A stretch of 64,000 nucleotides of DNA from an uncultured Pseudomonadota bacterium (GCA_963847705.1 CAWKBC010000041.1:16418-80417); one strand, 5' to 3'; positions 50,964 through 62,655 are shown, numbered from the stretch's first letter. Translations and numbers: made by a program. Notes: generated from the letters alone by a model not told the origin.

Positions 50964-51452
50964 GCCACGCGACGGGATCTCCACCGTCTGCCCCGCCACG
51001 CGCAAGGCCGGGCGTCCGCCGGGCAGCTCCATGAAGAGCTCGCCGAGCGCCGCGATGGTCGACGTCGCGAGCCGTGCTTCCAGCCGGCCGCCGCGGACCC
51101 AGGCCCGCAGGATACCCGCGCCGTCCACGGTGAGCGTCCTGGGATCGAGCGCCTCTTCCGCACCGTCGGAGAGCGCCAGCCAGATCGTCCCCGCGGGACC
51201 GATCCGCGCCGCATGCGCGACCAGCGGCGTGTCGTCGACGTCGAGGTAGGCGAAGCGTCGCTCGTCGAGCCGCAGCACGTAGCGGTCATCAGGGGGCGGC
51301 AGCCGATCGAGCCAGCGAAACAGCGCCTGCCGGAGCCCCGCGTGGGTGACCTCCGCCCCTTCGTGAATGAACCGCCCCTCGCGATCGACGCGGATACCGG
51401 ACTGCCGCAGCCGCTCGATGAAGGCGGCGTGCTCGGCCGACTCGGTCACCAC
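50901..51452 (-). CDS. DUF1285-like protein
   Basis: IRVDREGRF.HEG, V.DTP; typical spacing. Confidence 0.72.
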   Translation of the reverse strand: MVTESAEHAAFIERLRQSGIRVDREGRFIHEGAEVTHAGLRQALFRWLDRLPPPDDRYVLRLDERRFAYLDVDDTPLVAHAARIGPAGTIWLALSDGAEEALDPRTLTVDGAGILRAWVRGGRLEARLATSTIAALGELFMELPGGRPALRVAGQTVEIPSRGAWTELGSADRSPSRGGQGNL

Positions 51453-51471
51453 GCCCCCACGCGGGGTTGAC

Positions 51472-51681
51472 CTAGGGAGCGCGGACGGCGCCCAGGCGTT
51501 GCAGCTCGTCCTTCGTGCGCAGCTTTTCTTTCTTCAACCGGCTGCGCTCGACCTGTTCGTCCGGCGTGAGCGACAGGTGCCGCTCCAGCTGTGCGAGCCT
51601 TCGCTCCAGCTCGCCGTGACGTTCCTTCAACCTCACCATCTGCACCGCCGCCGACCCCGTGTCCACGCGGATCTTCTCCAT
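51472..51681 (-). CDS. DUF465/YdcH family small coiled-coil protein
   Basis: L.ERH.EL...L...LKKEKL..KDEL; GGAGG RBS. Confidence 0.85.
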   Translation of the reverse strand: MEKIRVDTGSAAVQMVRLKERHGELERRLAQLERHLSLTPDEQVERSRLKKEKLRTKDELQRLGAVRAP

Positions 51682-51754
51682 GCGTCGAACCTCCGTCGTC
51701 CTCGATGATAGCGCTCCGGATGGCGGCGGATCAATCTCGGGAAAACACTTAAAC

Positions 51755-52330
51755 TCAGCCGCGGCGTGCCTCGAAGGCGGTGATGGCTGCCTCGTGCGAA
51801 AGCAAGAACTCCAGCTCATCCACGCCGTTCAGCAGGCAATAGCGGGCGAAAGGGTCGATGGGGAATGACGCACGAGATCCGTCGGGCAGCGTCAAGGTCC
51901 GGTCCTCGACCGAGATCGTCAGGCTGGCGCCCGGTGCCGCCAGAAGCTTGGCGTGGGCCCCCTTGTCGACGACGATCGGCACCAGGCCGTTCTTCAAGGA
52001 ATTGTTTCGAAAGATGTCGGCAATCGACGTACTGACCACCGCGCGAAACCCGTAGTCGACCAGCGCCCAGGGGGCGTGCTCGCGCGACGAGCCACAACCG
52101 AAGTTGTCGCCCGCCACCAGGATCGCCGCGCCGGCCGACTCCGGGCGGTTGAGCACGAAGTCGCCCTTGGGCTTCCCCTCGGCGTCGAACCGCCAGTCGG
52201 CGAACAGCTTGGACCCCAGGCCCGCCTTGCTGGTCGCCTTGAGGAAGCGCGCCGGGATGATCTGATCGGTGTCGACGTTCTCCACCGGGAGAACCACGGT
52301 CCGCGACGTAAATGTCTTGAGAGGTTCCAC
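51755..52330 (-). CDS. leuD: 3-isopropylmalate dehydratase small subunit
   Basis: [28 protein letters not shown]. Confidence 0.96.
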   Translation of the reverse strand: MEPLKTFTSRTVVLPVENVDTDQIIPARFLKATSKAGLGSKLFADWRFDAEGKPKGDFVLNRPESAGAAILVAGDNFGCGSSREHAPWALVDYGFRAVVSTSIADIFRNNSLKNGLVPIVVDKGAHAKLLAAPGASLTISVEDRTLTLPDGSRASFPIDPFARYCLLNGVDELEFLLSHEAAITAFEARRG

Positions 52331-52442
52331 TTCAAATCCTTTCTGCGATAGCCAGGTGAGCGCAGCGCGGCTTCGCCACGCGGAGCGAAGGGGGCAAATG
52401 TGGATTGGAGGTGCCGCGAGCCACAGCGAGCCGGCCCCCCAC

Positions 52443-53840
52443 CTAAATCAATTCCCGGGCGTCGGTGACGCGGCCGGTGACGGCGGCGGCAGCGGCGGTG
52501 AGGGGGCTGGCCAGGAAGGTGCGACCGCCTGCCCCCTGGCGCCCTTCGAAGTTGCGGTTGCTGGTGCTGACCGCGTACTGGCCCGGCTTGAGCTGATCGC
52601 CGTTCATGGCGATGCACATCGAGCAGCCGGCCTCGCGCCACTCGGCGCCGGCGTCGAGAAACACGCGATCGAGCCCCTCCGCCTCGGCCGCCTTCTTGAT
52701 GGCCTGCGAGCCCGGCACCACCAGCGTGCGCACGCCCGGGGCCACCTTGCGGCCCTTGAAGATGGTCGCCGCCGCGCGCAGGTCCGACAGCCGCGAGTTG
52801 GTGCAGCTGCCGATGAACACCACGTCGACCTTGTGCCCGAGCAGCTGCTTGTCGTCGGTGAGCCCCATGTAGGCGAGCGCCTTGGTGTCGCTGGCGCCCA
52901 ACGAGGCCGGGATATCACCGCCGATCGGGATCCCCATGCCGGGGTTCGTCCCGTAGGTGATCATCGGCTCCAGCTTGGCGGCGTCGAACTTCTCTTCGCG
53001 GTCGTAGCTGGCGCCCGGGTCCGACGGCAACTGCCGCCAGGCCGCCACGGCCTTGTCCCAGGCCGCGCCCTTGGGGGCGCGCGGGCGGTCCTTCAGGTAG
53101 GCGAAGGTCGTCTCGTCGGGCGCGATCATCCCGGCGCGGGCGCCGGCCTCGATCGACATGTTGCAGACGGTCATCCGCTCCTCCATCGAGAGGGCGCGGA
53201 TCGCCGAGCCGCGGTACTCGATGACGTGTCCGGTCCCGCCGCCGATGCCCAGCCGCGCGATCACCGCCAGCACCAGGTCCTTGGCGGTCACGCCCGGGCG
53301 CAGGGTTCCCTCGATGGTCACCGCCAGCGTCCTGGGCGGCTGCTGCAGGAGACTCTGGGTGGCGAGGACGTGCGACACCTCGCTGGTCCCGATCCCGAAC
53401 GCCAGCGCGCCGAACGCGCCGTGCGTGCTGGTGTGGCTGTCGCCGCAGACGATCACCTCGCCCGGCTGGGTGACCCCCAGCTCGGGGCCGATGACGTGCA
53501 CGATCCCCTGCCCGTCGCTGCCGAGCGCGTGCAGCTCGATCCCGAAGTCGGCGCAGTTCTTCTCCAGCGCCGCGATCTGCATGGCCGCCGCGTTGTCGAG
53601 GATGGGGATCTTTCCATCGCGGCCGCGCGGCGTGGTCGGCGTCGAGTGATCCATGGTGGCGACCGTCTGCGAAGGCCGCCGCACCTTGAGGCCGCGTTCG
53701 CGCAGCCAGGTGAAGGCCTGCGGCGAGGTCACTTCGTGGACCAGGTGCAGGTCGACGTAGAGAATGGCCGGCGTGTCGGCGTCGGCGGGGCGCACCAGGT
53801 GCGCCTCCCAGATCTTCTCGAACATCGTGCGGGGATTCAT
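52443..53840 (-). CDS. leuC: 3-isopropylmalate dehydratase large subunit
   Basis: [43 protein letters not shown]. Confidence 0.97.
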   Translation of the reverse strand: MNPRTMFEKIWEAHLVRPADADTPAILYVDLHLVHEVTSPQAFTWLRERGLKVRRPSQTVATMDHSTPTTPRGRDGKIPILDNAAAMQIAALEKNCADFGIELHALGSDGQGIVHVIGPELGVTQPGEVIVCGDSHTSTHGAFGALAFGIGTSEVSHVLATQSLLQQPPRTLAVTIEGTLRPGVTAKDLVLAVIARLGIGGGTGHVIEYRGSAIRALSMEERMTVCNMSIEAGARAGMIAPDETTFAYLKDRPRAPKGAAWDKAVAAWRQLPSDPGASYDREEKFDAAKLEPMITYGTNPGMGIPIGGDIPASLGASDTKALAYMGLTDDKQLLGHKVDVVFIGSCTNSRLSDLRAAATIFKGRKVAPGVRTLVVPGSQAIKKAAEAEGLDRVFLDAGAEWREAGCSMCIAMNGDQLKPGQYAVSTSNRNFEGRQGAGGRTFLASPLTAAAAAVTGRVTDARELI

Positions 53841-53897
53841 GCCCCCACCTTGGCCCCGGAAGCCCCGTTCCGTCCAGTGACAACGGCCGGCCCGATC

Positions 53898-53914
53898 GTT
53901 AAGTTATACTTAAC
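53898..53914. promoter_or_regulatory. Palindromic T-N11-A LysR-type operator between leuC and lysR
   Basis: GTTAAGT-TAT-ACTTAAC perfect inverted repeat. Confidence 0.7.
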
Positions 53915-53932
53915 CGTCGAGACGCCTCAGCG

Positions 53933-54838
53933 ATGGACCCCTCCCTCATCCCCGCCTTTCACGACGCCCTGGTGGTTGCCCAGACGGGGTCCGTCGGGGA
54001 GGCCGCGCGCCGCCTGCACAAAACCGCCTCGGCCGTGTCGCAGCAGATCCGCCGGATCGAGGCCCGGTTCGGGGTCGCTCTGTTCGAGAAGGTCGGGCGC
54101 GGGATCCGGCCGAGCGCGGCGGGCGAGGCGCTCCTGGGGAGCCTGACGCGCCTCTTCGACGAGGCGGCCTCGCTGGAGGCGCAGCTCGGCGAGCTGACCG
54201 CCGCGCGGGTCACCACCTTGCGGATCGCCGCCAGCGACTACCTGGGCGAGGCGATCTTGCTGCCGGTCCTGCGGCGTCTGTTCGACGAGGCGGCGCCGTT
54301 GCGCTTCGAGATCACCACCACCAATTCGATCGAGGCGGGGCGGCTGGCGGCGGCCGGGCAGGTCGACGTCGCCGTCGTCAGCGCCGATCGCGCGCTGACG
54401 GCCGACGAGACGCAGCTCTGCACCCAGCGGTTCTTCTGGGTGGCGCCGCCGCCGAGCTCGAAGCGCGCCGCCGCCGAGCCGCTGCGAAGCCGCCTCTCCC
54501 GCGCGCCGCTGCTGCGGCTGCGCGCCGGAAGCCAGGGGCGGCGCGTGCTCGACGAGTGCCTGGGACGCCTCCGGCTGCGGCCGCTGTCGACGATCGATCT
54601 CCCCAGCGTGTCGCTGCTGCTCTCCTACGTGCGACAGGGGCTGGGGATGGGCCTGGTCCCCGGGCTGGCGCTCCGACCCGACGATCGGCGGCACCTGGCG
54701 GTCGAGCCGGCCGACGTCCCGCCCATCGACGTCCGCCTGGCCTGCCGCCCGACCCTCAAACGCACCAAACCGGTGGGCCGCTTTCTCGACGGCCTCGTGG
54801 ACGAGACCCGGCGGGCGGCCGCCCAGAGCGGCGCCTGA
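53933..54838 (+). CDS. LysR family transcriptional regulator
   Basis: GSV.EAA..LH.T.SAVSQQI..IE...G..LF; about 300 aa; divergent from leuCD. Confidence 0.93.
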   Translation: MDPSLIPAFHDALVVAQTGSVGEAARRLHKTASAVSQQIRRIEARFGVALFEKVGRGIRPSAAGEALLGSLTRLFDEAASLEAQLGELTAARVTTLRIAASDYLGEAILLPVLRRLFDEAAPLRFEITTTNSIEAGRLAAAGQVDVAVVSADRALTADETQLCTQRFFWVAPPPSSKRAAAEPLRSRLSRAPLLRLRAGSQGRRVLDECLGRLRLRPLSTIDLPSVSLLLSYVRQGLGMGLVPGLALRPDDRRHLAVEPADVPPIDVRLACRPTLKRTKPVGRFLDGLVDETRRAAAQSGA

Positions 54839-55115
54839 TCCTCTGTTCGAAAATCGGATAGGGCCGTTCGAATCGCGGTGACAGACGGCAGCCTTCCGAT
54901 CGTCGCCGACCTGTGACGACCGCTGAGGCGCCACGCAGGTAATGCAAAGGGCGCTGCGTGCGCCGGCGACGGTCGCCGACCCGCGCGACAGCTCAACCAG
55001 GGAGCGAGTCATGAGCGCCGAGCGCCTCTACATCCTCTACACCAACGGCGGCCTGGCCGCCGTCCGGGCCGAGCTCCGCCAAGCCGCGCGCCCGGGGATC
55101 GTCTAAAGCATCGCG

Positions 55116-55181
55116 TCGAGCGCAGCGCGGCTTCGCCGCGCGGAGCTCATCGCGGGGGGCGCGGGACCCCTGGGGGTCCCG
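55116..55181 (-). repeat. Intergenic copy of the two-hairpin palindromic element
   Basis: Minus strand GGGACCCC-CA-GGGGTCCC, CCCCCCGCG, GCGCGGC-GAA-GCCGCGC; 28 of 29 nt identical to 52358-52386. Confidence 0.72.
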
Positions 55182-55183
55182 AA

Positions 55184-56914
55184 CTACTTCGACCCGCTCG
55201 CTTCGACGGCGACGTCGGGCGAGCGGCCAGCCGCGGCGTCGAGGGTCGCCCTCACCTCGCGCAGGAGGGTGGCGGCGTCGAACGGCTTGGGGAGGACCCT
55301 GATTCCAAGCTCGGCCAGGAAGGAGACCGGCAGGGCGGCGCCGCTGAAGCCACTGATGAAGAGGAACTGGGCCTCCGGCCGCGCGGCGCGAATGCGCTCA
55401 CAGGCTTCACGTCCGCTCATCACCGGCATGATGGCGTCGAGGACGTGAAGGTCGAAGTTCTCCCGGGCGGCGGCGGCGACGGCGGCCGCCCCGTTGGCGA
55501 CGGCGACCACGCTGTAGCCGGCGCGCGACAGCACGCGCGCGACGATGTCCAGCAGGTAGGGCTGATCGTCGGCGAAGAGGATCCGCTCGGTTCCGCCCGG
55601 CGCCGAGCTCTCGTCGGGAGGTGCGGCCTGAGGAGCGAGCTCCTCCACGACCGGCAGGTAGATCTCGAAGGTGGTGCCCGCGCCGACCTCCGAGGCGCAG
55701 TGGATGAATCCGCCGTGCTGCTGCACGACGCCCCAGCTGACGGCGAGGCCGAGCCCGGTCCCTTCGCCCTGGGGTTTGGTGGTGAAGAACGGTTCGAACG
55801 CGCGTTCGACCACCTCGGGCGACATCCCACAGCCATTGTCGGAGACGGTCAGCCGGACGTAGCTGCTGCGGTTGTCCGAGGAATGCCCGCGCAGATCCCC
55901 CTCGTCGATGGTCACGGCCTGCGTCGCCAGGACCAGGTGACCGTCGGCCGACATCGCGTCGCGCGCGTTCAGGGCCATGTTGACCAACACCTGCTCCAGT
56001 TGATGGGGATCGAGCCGCAGCGGCGGCAACCCCTCCGCGCCGGTGAAGGTGATCCGGACGTCCGGCGGGAGGACCTGCTGGAGCAGCGGCAGGCAGGCGG
56101 TGACGATTTCGTTGACCTCCGCGATCACCAGGTTGGGCGGGTGGTCGCGACCCAGCATCAACAACTTTCCGGTCAGCGCGCTGGCGCTTCGCTCGGCCTC
56201 CGCGATGACCTCCAGGTCTTTTCGCTGCGTCTCGCTGAGGGGCTCGCTGGCGATGAAGCCAGCGCTGTTGCGGATGACGGTCAGCAGGTTGCGGAAGTCG
56301 TGGGCCACCCCACCTGCCAGGAGCCCCAGGCTCTCGAGCCGCTGGCGTTGCGCGCGCTCGGCCTGCTGCCGCGACTTGGCCTCGTCGCGCGCGCGAAGCA
56401 CGAACCGCGCGATCGCCACCGACGCCAGGTTGCCGAGGTGCAGCAGGTAAGCGGTGGCGCCCTCGTCGACGGGGACAGCCCCCTCGTCGCCGAAGGTGCC
56501 ACCCCCGAGGATCCCCAGCGTGCGGTCCACGATGCCGATGGGCACATTGAGGACCGTGCGGTTGTCGAGTCGACGCGCCACCTCCGGGACCTCCGCCGCG
56601 TCGCGTGCGTCGCGGATGACGATTGGCCCTTCGTCGCGGCGCAGGGCCGTGAAGAGCCAGTCTCCGGCCGTAGGGGCCACCGGCAGCTCCTCGCGGATGG
56701 CGGCGGCCTTGGGTCCGGCCACCGCGACCAGCAGCGCCTCCTCATCCTCTTCGCGCTCGATGACATAGAGCCAGGCGTTGGTCAGGCCGAAGCGCGCCGC
56801 GAGCTCGCGGCGCACGAGCTCGATCAACGCGTCGTAGTCGTCGATACGGCACAGCTCGCGCGCGAACCTCGTCAGCGAGCAGTCGATGGAAGTGGGCGCG
56901 ATTGGCTCGGCCAC
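55184..56914 (-). CDS. Hybrid sensor histidine kinase (GAF-HisKA-HATPase-receiver)
   Basis: GGVAHDF.NLL, NARDAM, FEPFFTTK, GTGLGL; C-terminal FADD...D..MP..SG...KPF. Confidence 0.93.
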   Translation of the reverse strand: MAEPIAPTSIDCSLTRFARELCRIDDYDALIELVRRELAARFGLTNAWLYVIEREEDEEALLVAVAGPKAAAIREELPVAPTAGDWLFTALRRDEGPIVIRDARDAAEVPEVARRLDNRTVLNVPIGIVDRTLGILGGGTFGDEGAVPVDEGATAYLLHLGNLASVAIARFVLRARDEAKSRQQAERAQRQRLESLGLLAGGVAHDFRNLLTVIRNSAGFIASEPLSETQRKDLEVIAEAERSASALTGKLLMLGRDHPPNLVIAEVNEIVTACLPLLQQVLPPDVRITFTGAEGLPPLRLDPHQLEQVLVNMALNARDAMSADGHLVLATQAVTIDEGDLRGHSSDNRSSYVRLTVSDNGCGMSPEVVERAFEPFFTTKPQGEGTGLGLAVSWGVVQQHGGFIHCASEVGAGTTFEIYLPVVEELAPQAAPPDESSAPGGTERILFADDQPYLLDIVARVLSRAGYSVVAVANGAAAVAAAARENFDLHVLDAIMPVMSGREACERIRAARPEAQFLFISGFSGAALPVSFLAELGIRVLPKPFDAATLLREVRATLDAAAGRSPDVAVEASGSK

Positions 56915-56942
56915 GGGCGCATGATACGTGAGACCGGCTCTC

Positions 56943-57680
56943 CTACGCCTGCTTCTTTACGGTAATGTCGGGCGGCCGGCCGTAGAAGGGAACGGCAGCG
57001 GCCAGATCTGAAGCTTCGCCCCGCGCGCGCTGCAGGAGCGCCAGACGCCCCACGGAGACGGCGGTGGGGCCGGGGACTTCGACGATCTCGGCGGTGGGGA
57101 GCGCGGCCCGGTGGCGCGCCGCACCGTTGCCGGCAACCAGGGGCCTGTCGAGCGCCGATGCCCAGGACGTGAACGCCGCGGGCGTCAGGCGGGCACAGGG
57201 CACCACCTCGCGGACCAGTCGCTCCGGATCGAGGACATAGGCGGCGACGTAGAGCTCCCCTTTCCCGGCGTCGAGACAGGGGATCGCGGTCATCGGCGAC
57301 GGGGGCGCGTCGTTTCGCGGCATTCCGAGAATATCGAGCGCGAGCGCCTCCAGTGACGAGACGACGTGGAGCGGGACGCCGGTTGGCATCGCCAGACCCT
57401 TGGCCACCGACAGGCCGACCCGGAGCCCCGTGAAGCTGCCTGGACCGCCGCCGCAAGCGATCCCCGCCAGCGCCGCCGGCGCCACACCGACCGCACGCAG
57501 CGCCTCCGCGCAGAGCGGGAGCAGGTGGCCGGCGTGGCGTTCGGCCGTCACCTCGGCGGCGAATCGGATCGGTTCGGCAGACCGCGGGTCGCCGTCGAGG
57601 ATCGCCACGCGCGCCGTCGGCGTCGAGGTGTCCAGGCAGAGAAAAAGCAGGCTGGTCGGGTGGCTTGTCGTCTGGCTCAT
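56943..57680 (-). CDS. tsaB: tRNA threonylcarbamoyladenosine biosynthesis protein TsaB
   Basis: LDTST, GPGSFTGLRVG, SSLEAL, DA.KGE.Y, P.Y. Confidence 0.94.
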   Translation of the reverse strand: MSQTTSHPTSLLFLCLDTSTPTARVAILDGDPRSAEPIRFAAEVTAERHAGHLLPLCAEALRAVGVAPAALAGIACGGGPGSFTGLRVGLSVAKGLAMPTGVPLHVVSSLEALALDILGMPRNDAPPSPMTAIPCLDAGKGELYVAAYVLDPERLVREVVPCARLTPAAFTSWASALDRPLVAGNGAARHRAALPTAEIVEVPGPTAVSVGRLALLQRARGEASDLAAAVPFYGRPPDITVKKQA

Positions 57681-57682
57681 CT

Positions 57683-57733
57683 GGTTTTGCCTGTCGCTTT
57701 GGCTCGTCGGTTTTGCCTGTCGCTTGGCTCGTC
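57683..57733. repeat. Tandem duplication of a 25-26 bp unit between rseP and tsaB
   Basis: GGTTTTGCCTGTCGCTT(T)GGCTCGTC twice. Confidence 0.8.
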
Positions 57734-57737
57734 GCTG

Positions 57738-59395
57738 CTACCTGGGAAGCAGGTACCGGACGACGTCGTTGCGCATGGCGAACAGCATCAGCGTCACCAC
57801 CACCACCAGGCCGACATAGGTGGCGATCTCGCGCGCCCGGGGCGAGGGCGGCTGTCGCTTGAACAGCTCCAGCGTGAAGAAGACCAGCAGACCCCCGTCG
57901 AGGATGGGGACCGGCAGGAAGTTCAAGAGGCCCAGGTTGATGCTGATGAGCGCCATCAGCCAGAGGTACTGATCGAATCCTTGCTCGGCGGCTACGCCCG
58001 CCGCGTAGCCGATCATGATCGGCCCGCCCAGCGTGGTCAGCGGGACATGCCCGCGGACGATCTCCGCGAACCCGTAGGTCATGGCCACGATGATCTGGCC
58101 GGTCCGCTCGAAGGCGTGGCTCGCGGCGTAGCCGAAGCGGTTGGTGATGGGGATGGGGGGGTCGGTCTTCCAGGCCAGCCGATTGAGCGCGCCGAAGATC
58201 AGGTGCTGCTCGTCCTGGCGGTAGACGTCGAGCTCGGAGCGGACCTCCTGGCGGAAGGTCGCCTCATGCTTCTCGCCGCCGGGCGAGACCCATCCGATGC
58301 GAAAGACGCGCTCGGGATGAGCGGCCAGCCGCTCGCGCAACACGTCCCAGTGGGGGAGCGGCGCACCGTCGAGCGATTCGATCTCGTCGCCGCGACGCAA
58401 CCCGATCTGGTCGGCGGGACTGCCCGGCTCGACGGAGAAGACGAAGAGCTCGGCCGAGAGGATGCCGGTCTCGTAGTGGCGACGGCCGGCGGCGTCGAAG
58501 ACGGCGGTGGGGATGACGATCGCCGACCCTGGCTCCTGGATCTCCACGTGCGCGAACGGCACCGCGGAGTAGCCGCCGCGCAGATAGTTGATCCGCAGCG
58601 GCGACGCGCCGGCGTGGTCGATGGCGTTGGCGAATTCGGTCCAGGTGCCGACCTGAACACCTCCCACGGCGGTGATGAAGTCGAACGTCTTCAACCCCGC
58701 CTGCGCCGCCGGCGATGCAGGATCGAGGACGCCGATCTCCGGCAGGTGGAAGCGGGGGGAGACCCCGATCCATCCGACGTGCTCGCGCGCGCGCATCGGG
58801 CCGAGCCGCTCGAGATCGATCGGCGTCACGTCGCGCTCCTCGGCGTCGGGCCCGCGGCGAATGGCAAACCGCAGGGTCTTGCCGGCCGAGCTCGAGATGA
58901 CCCGCTCCAGCTCTTCCCAGTAGCGGACTCTGCGACCGTCGACGGTCTCCACGCGGTCGCCCGGCAACAGGCCGGCGGTGGCCGCCGGCAGGTCGGGCAG
59001 GACCGTTCCGATCGTGGGCGGCAGCAACGTCCGCTGGCCCGCGTAGTGAACGAAGTAGATGAGGAGCGGCAGCAACATGTTGAAGAGCGGCCCGGCGACC
59101 ACCACGGTGTAGCGCTGCCAGAGCGGCTTGGCGGCCAGCGCGCGGGGCCTGTCAATCGGTGGGATCGGCTCGCCCGGATCCTCGCCCAGCAGGCGGACGT
59201 AGCCCCCGAGCGGCACCAGCGACAGCCGGTACTCGGTCTCGCGGTGCGTGAAGCCGAACAACTTCGGGCCGAACCCCAGCGAGAAGCGCAGCACCTTGAC
59301 GTCGAAGAGGCGCGCGAAGATGAAGTGCCCCAGCTCGTGCACCAGGATCAGCACGCCGAGGAGCACCAGGACCGCGACGGCCCAGACCAGCAGGC

Positions 59396-59399
<4 letters not shown>
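57738..59399 (-). CDS. rseP: RIP metalloprotease RseP with multiple PDZ domains
   Basis: [32 protein letters not shown]. Confidence 0.95.
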
Positions 59400-61144
<1,745 letters not shown>

Positions 61145-61174
61145 GGGGCGGAGGTTAGCACGCCGCTCCCGGCC

Positions 61175-61260
61175 ACGATTTCCAACATCTTCACCGGCTT
61201 CGAGATCTGGCGCGGCGGCGTCAACCTCGAGAGCACGTCCTTCGCGCCCTGGTGAACTGA
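61175..61260 (+). pseudogene. Possible 3' remnant of a GH12-like glycoside hydrolase gene
   Basis: Translates to [23 protein letters not shown], then (1-nt shift) ALVN-stop; GFEIW.GG resembles the GH12 C-terminal catalytic strand; no upstream part. Confidence 0.4.
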
Positions 61261-61289
61261 CGACGGTCGGTTTATGACGAGCGCCAGCA

Positions 61290-61703
61290 TCAATCCGCGC
61301 CGGGCTGCAGCACCTTCAGGTCTTTGAAGTACGGGCGGAAGAAACCTCGGTCGCGGGTGAGAAGAGCATCCGCCTCGATTTGGGCATGAGCTCCGATCAG
61401 GAAGTCTGCAACGACGCGAGACCTCGCTCGCCGATGGTTGGCGTGATGCCGGCGCCACAAGGAGCCGGCCAACCGGGCCGCCTCGCGCGAGAGTGGTGAG
61501 AACGACAGGCCGAGGTCCCGCACGGCGTCTTCAAATTCCTGCTCACTTTCGAAGTGAGCCCTCACCTCGGCCCAGACGACGTCGCACGCCACCAACGCGC
61601 CGCCGTCAAAGGCGGCACGAAGTGCTTCGCGTGAAGCGGGCCCGAACACGGCGTCGGCCCCCAGCACGTCGAGAAGGACCGACGAGTCGACCGCGGTTTT
61701 CAA
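61290..61703 (-). CDS. vapC: PIN-domain (VapC-like) toxin
   Basis: [34 protein letters not shown]. Confidence 0.88.
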   Translation of the reverse strand: MKTAVDSSVLLDVLGADAVFGPASREALRAAFDGGALVACDVVWAEVRAHFESEQEFEDAVRDLGLSFSPLSREAARLAGSLWRRHHANHRRARSRVVADFLIGAHAQIEADALLTRDRGFFRPYFKDLKVLQPGAD

Positions 61704-61937
61704 GAATCGCCGCGGTCGGGGGCCCCGCATGTCGTCAATGAGCCGATCGACCGGACGGGCGAGCTTCAACCGCCCGTACAGACGGTCGACTGGATGTGCA
61801 CCGTGCGTCGCCTTGTAGAGCACTGCCTCGCCGTCCCGCAGCTCGAACCGCACAGCCGTTCCAGGCAGGAGCCCGAGCTTCTCCCGTATCTCGATAGGCA
61901 CCGTGATCTGGCCTTTGGACGAGATGCTGCTCTTCAT
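61704..61937 (-). CDS. AbrB/MazE/SpoVT family antitoxin, in frame with the PIN gene with no stop between them
   Basis: MKSSISSKGQITVP..IR.KLGL.PG..V.F. Confidence 0.85.
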
Positions 61938-61938
61938 A

Positions 61939-61961
61939 AGTAAAGAATATGATTCTTTACT
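61939..61961. promoter_or_regulatory. Toxin-antitoxin operator palindrome abutting the antitoxin start codon
   Basis: AGTAAAGAAT-ATG-ATTCTTTACT, perfect 10-bp arms, 1 nt from ATG 61937. Confidence 0.78.
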
Positions 61962-62172
61962 CACAAATCAAGCACCCGCTCCGACTTCGCGGGTCGTCCG
62001 CTCCGAATCGCCGCCGGGAGCCTTTCTGGTGATTCGCTACGAGCTCAATCCTCAGCCCGAGCCCGAGGACGATCCGACCGTGCCCAAGGTGGGCGGAGAC
62101 ACCCAATACGGGATCGGCGCGGGCCGCCCGTGAGCGAACCGCACCTCCACCACGGACGAAAATCGAGTTGCG

Positions 62173-62655
62173 CTAGGAGCCGAAGACGCGCTTTTTGAGG
62201 TCGCCGGTGACGTCGAGCTGCATCAGCTCGTGGAAGCCGCCCACCGGCGTTCCGGCGACGACCACGATGGGGAACTCCTCGCTCTTGGCGGCGGTGATGA
62301 CCCAGGAGCGCTCGGCCTCGTCGTTGGTGACGTCGAGGATACGGAACTTGATCTCACGCGCGTTGAGCAGCTCCTCGACCTTGATCCTCGTTCGTTGGTC
62401 CTTGCCGTCGAAGTAGACGATCACCGGCGCCTGCTCGCGAACGACCGGCGTGACGATGACCGGCCCCGCGCCGGCCGCCGAAGCATCGCCGACGGCGTCC
62501 GGTCGGATCGGCTTGCCGAGCAGATCGTTGACCGTGCTCACCACGTCGCGCAACCGCCGCACCAGCGGGCCGTCGGCCTCTCGGGCCTCCAGCTGCTGGT
62601 GCGCCAGCGAGCGCAGCTTGCCTGTCAATCCGCTCAGCATCTCGCCGTTCAGCAT
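62173..62655 (-). CDS. Glutaredoxin-like fold protein lacking CxxC
   Basis: V.VY...V.ELL....I.F...DV, FP.V.V.G.PVGGF.EL..L...G.L. Confidence 0.78.
   Translation of the reverse strand: MLNGEMLSGLTGKLRSLAHQQLEAREADGPLVRRLRDVVSTVNDLLGKPIRPDAVGDASAAGAGPVIVTPVVREQAPVIVYFDGKDQRTRIKVEELLNAREIKFRILDVTNDEAERSWVITAAKSEEFPIVVVAGTPVGGFHELMQLDVTGDLKKRVFGS

Noticed and set aside
52331-53932. Leucine attenuator leader or riboswitch around leuCD
   Set aside because: No Leu-codon-rich leader peptide or U-tailed terminator seen; a LysR operator explains the upstream region and the leuC-leuD spacer matches the repeat family.
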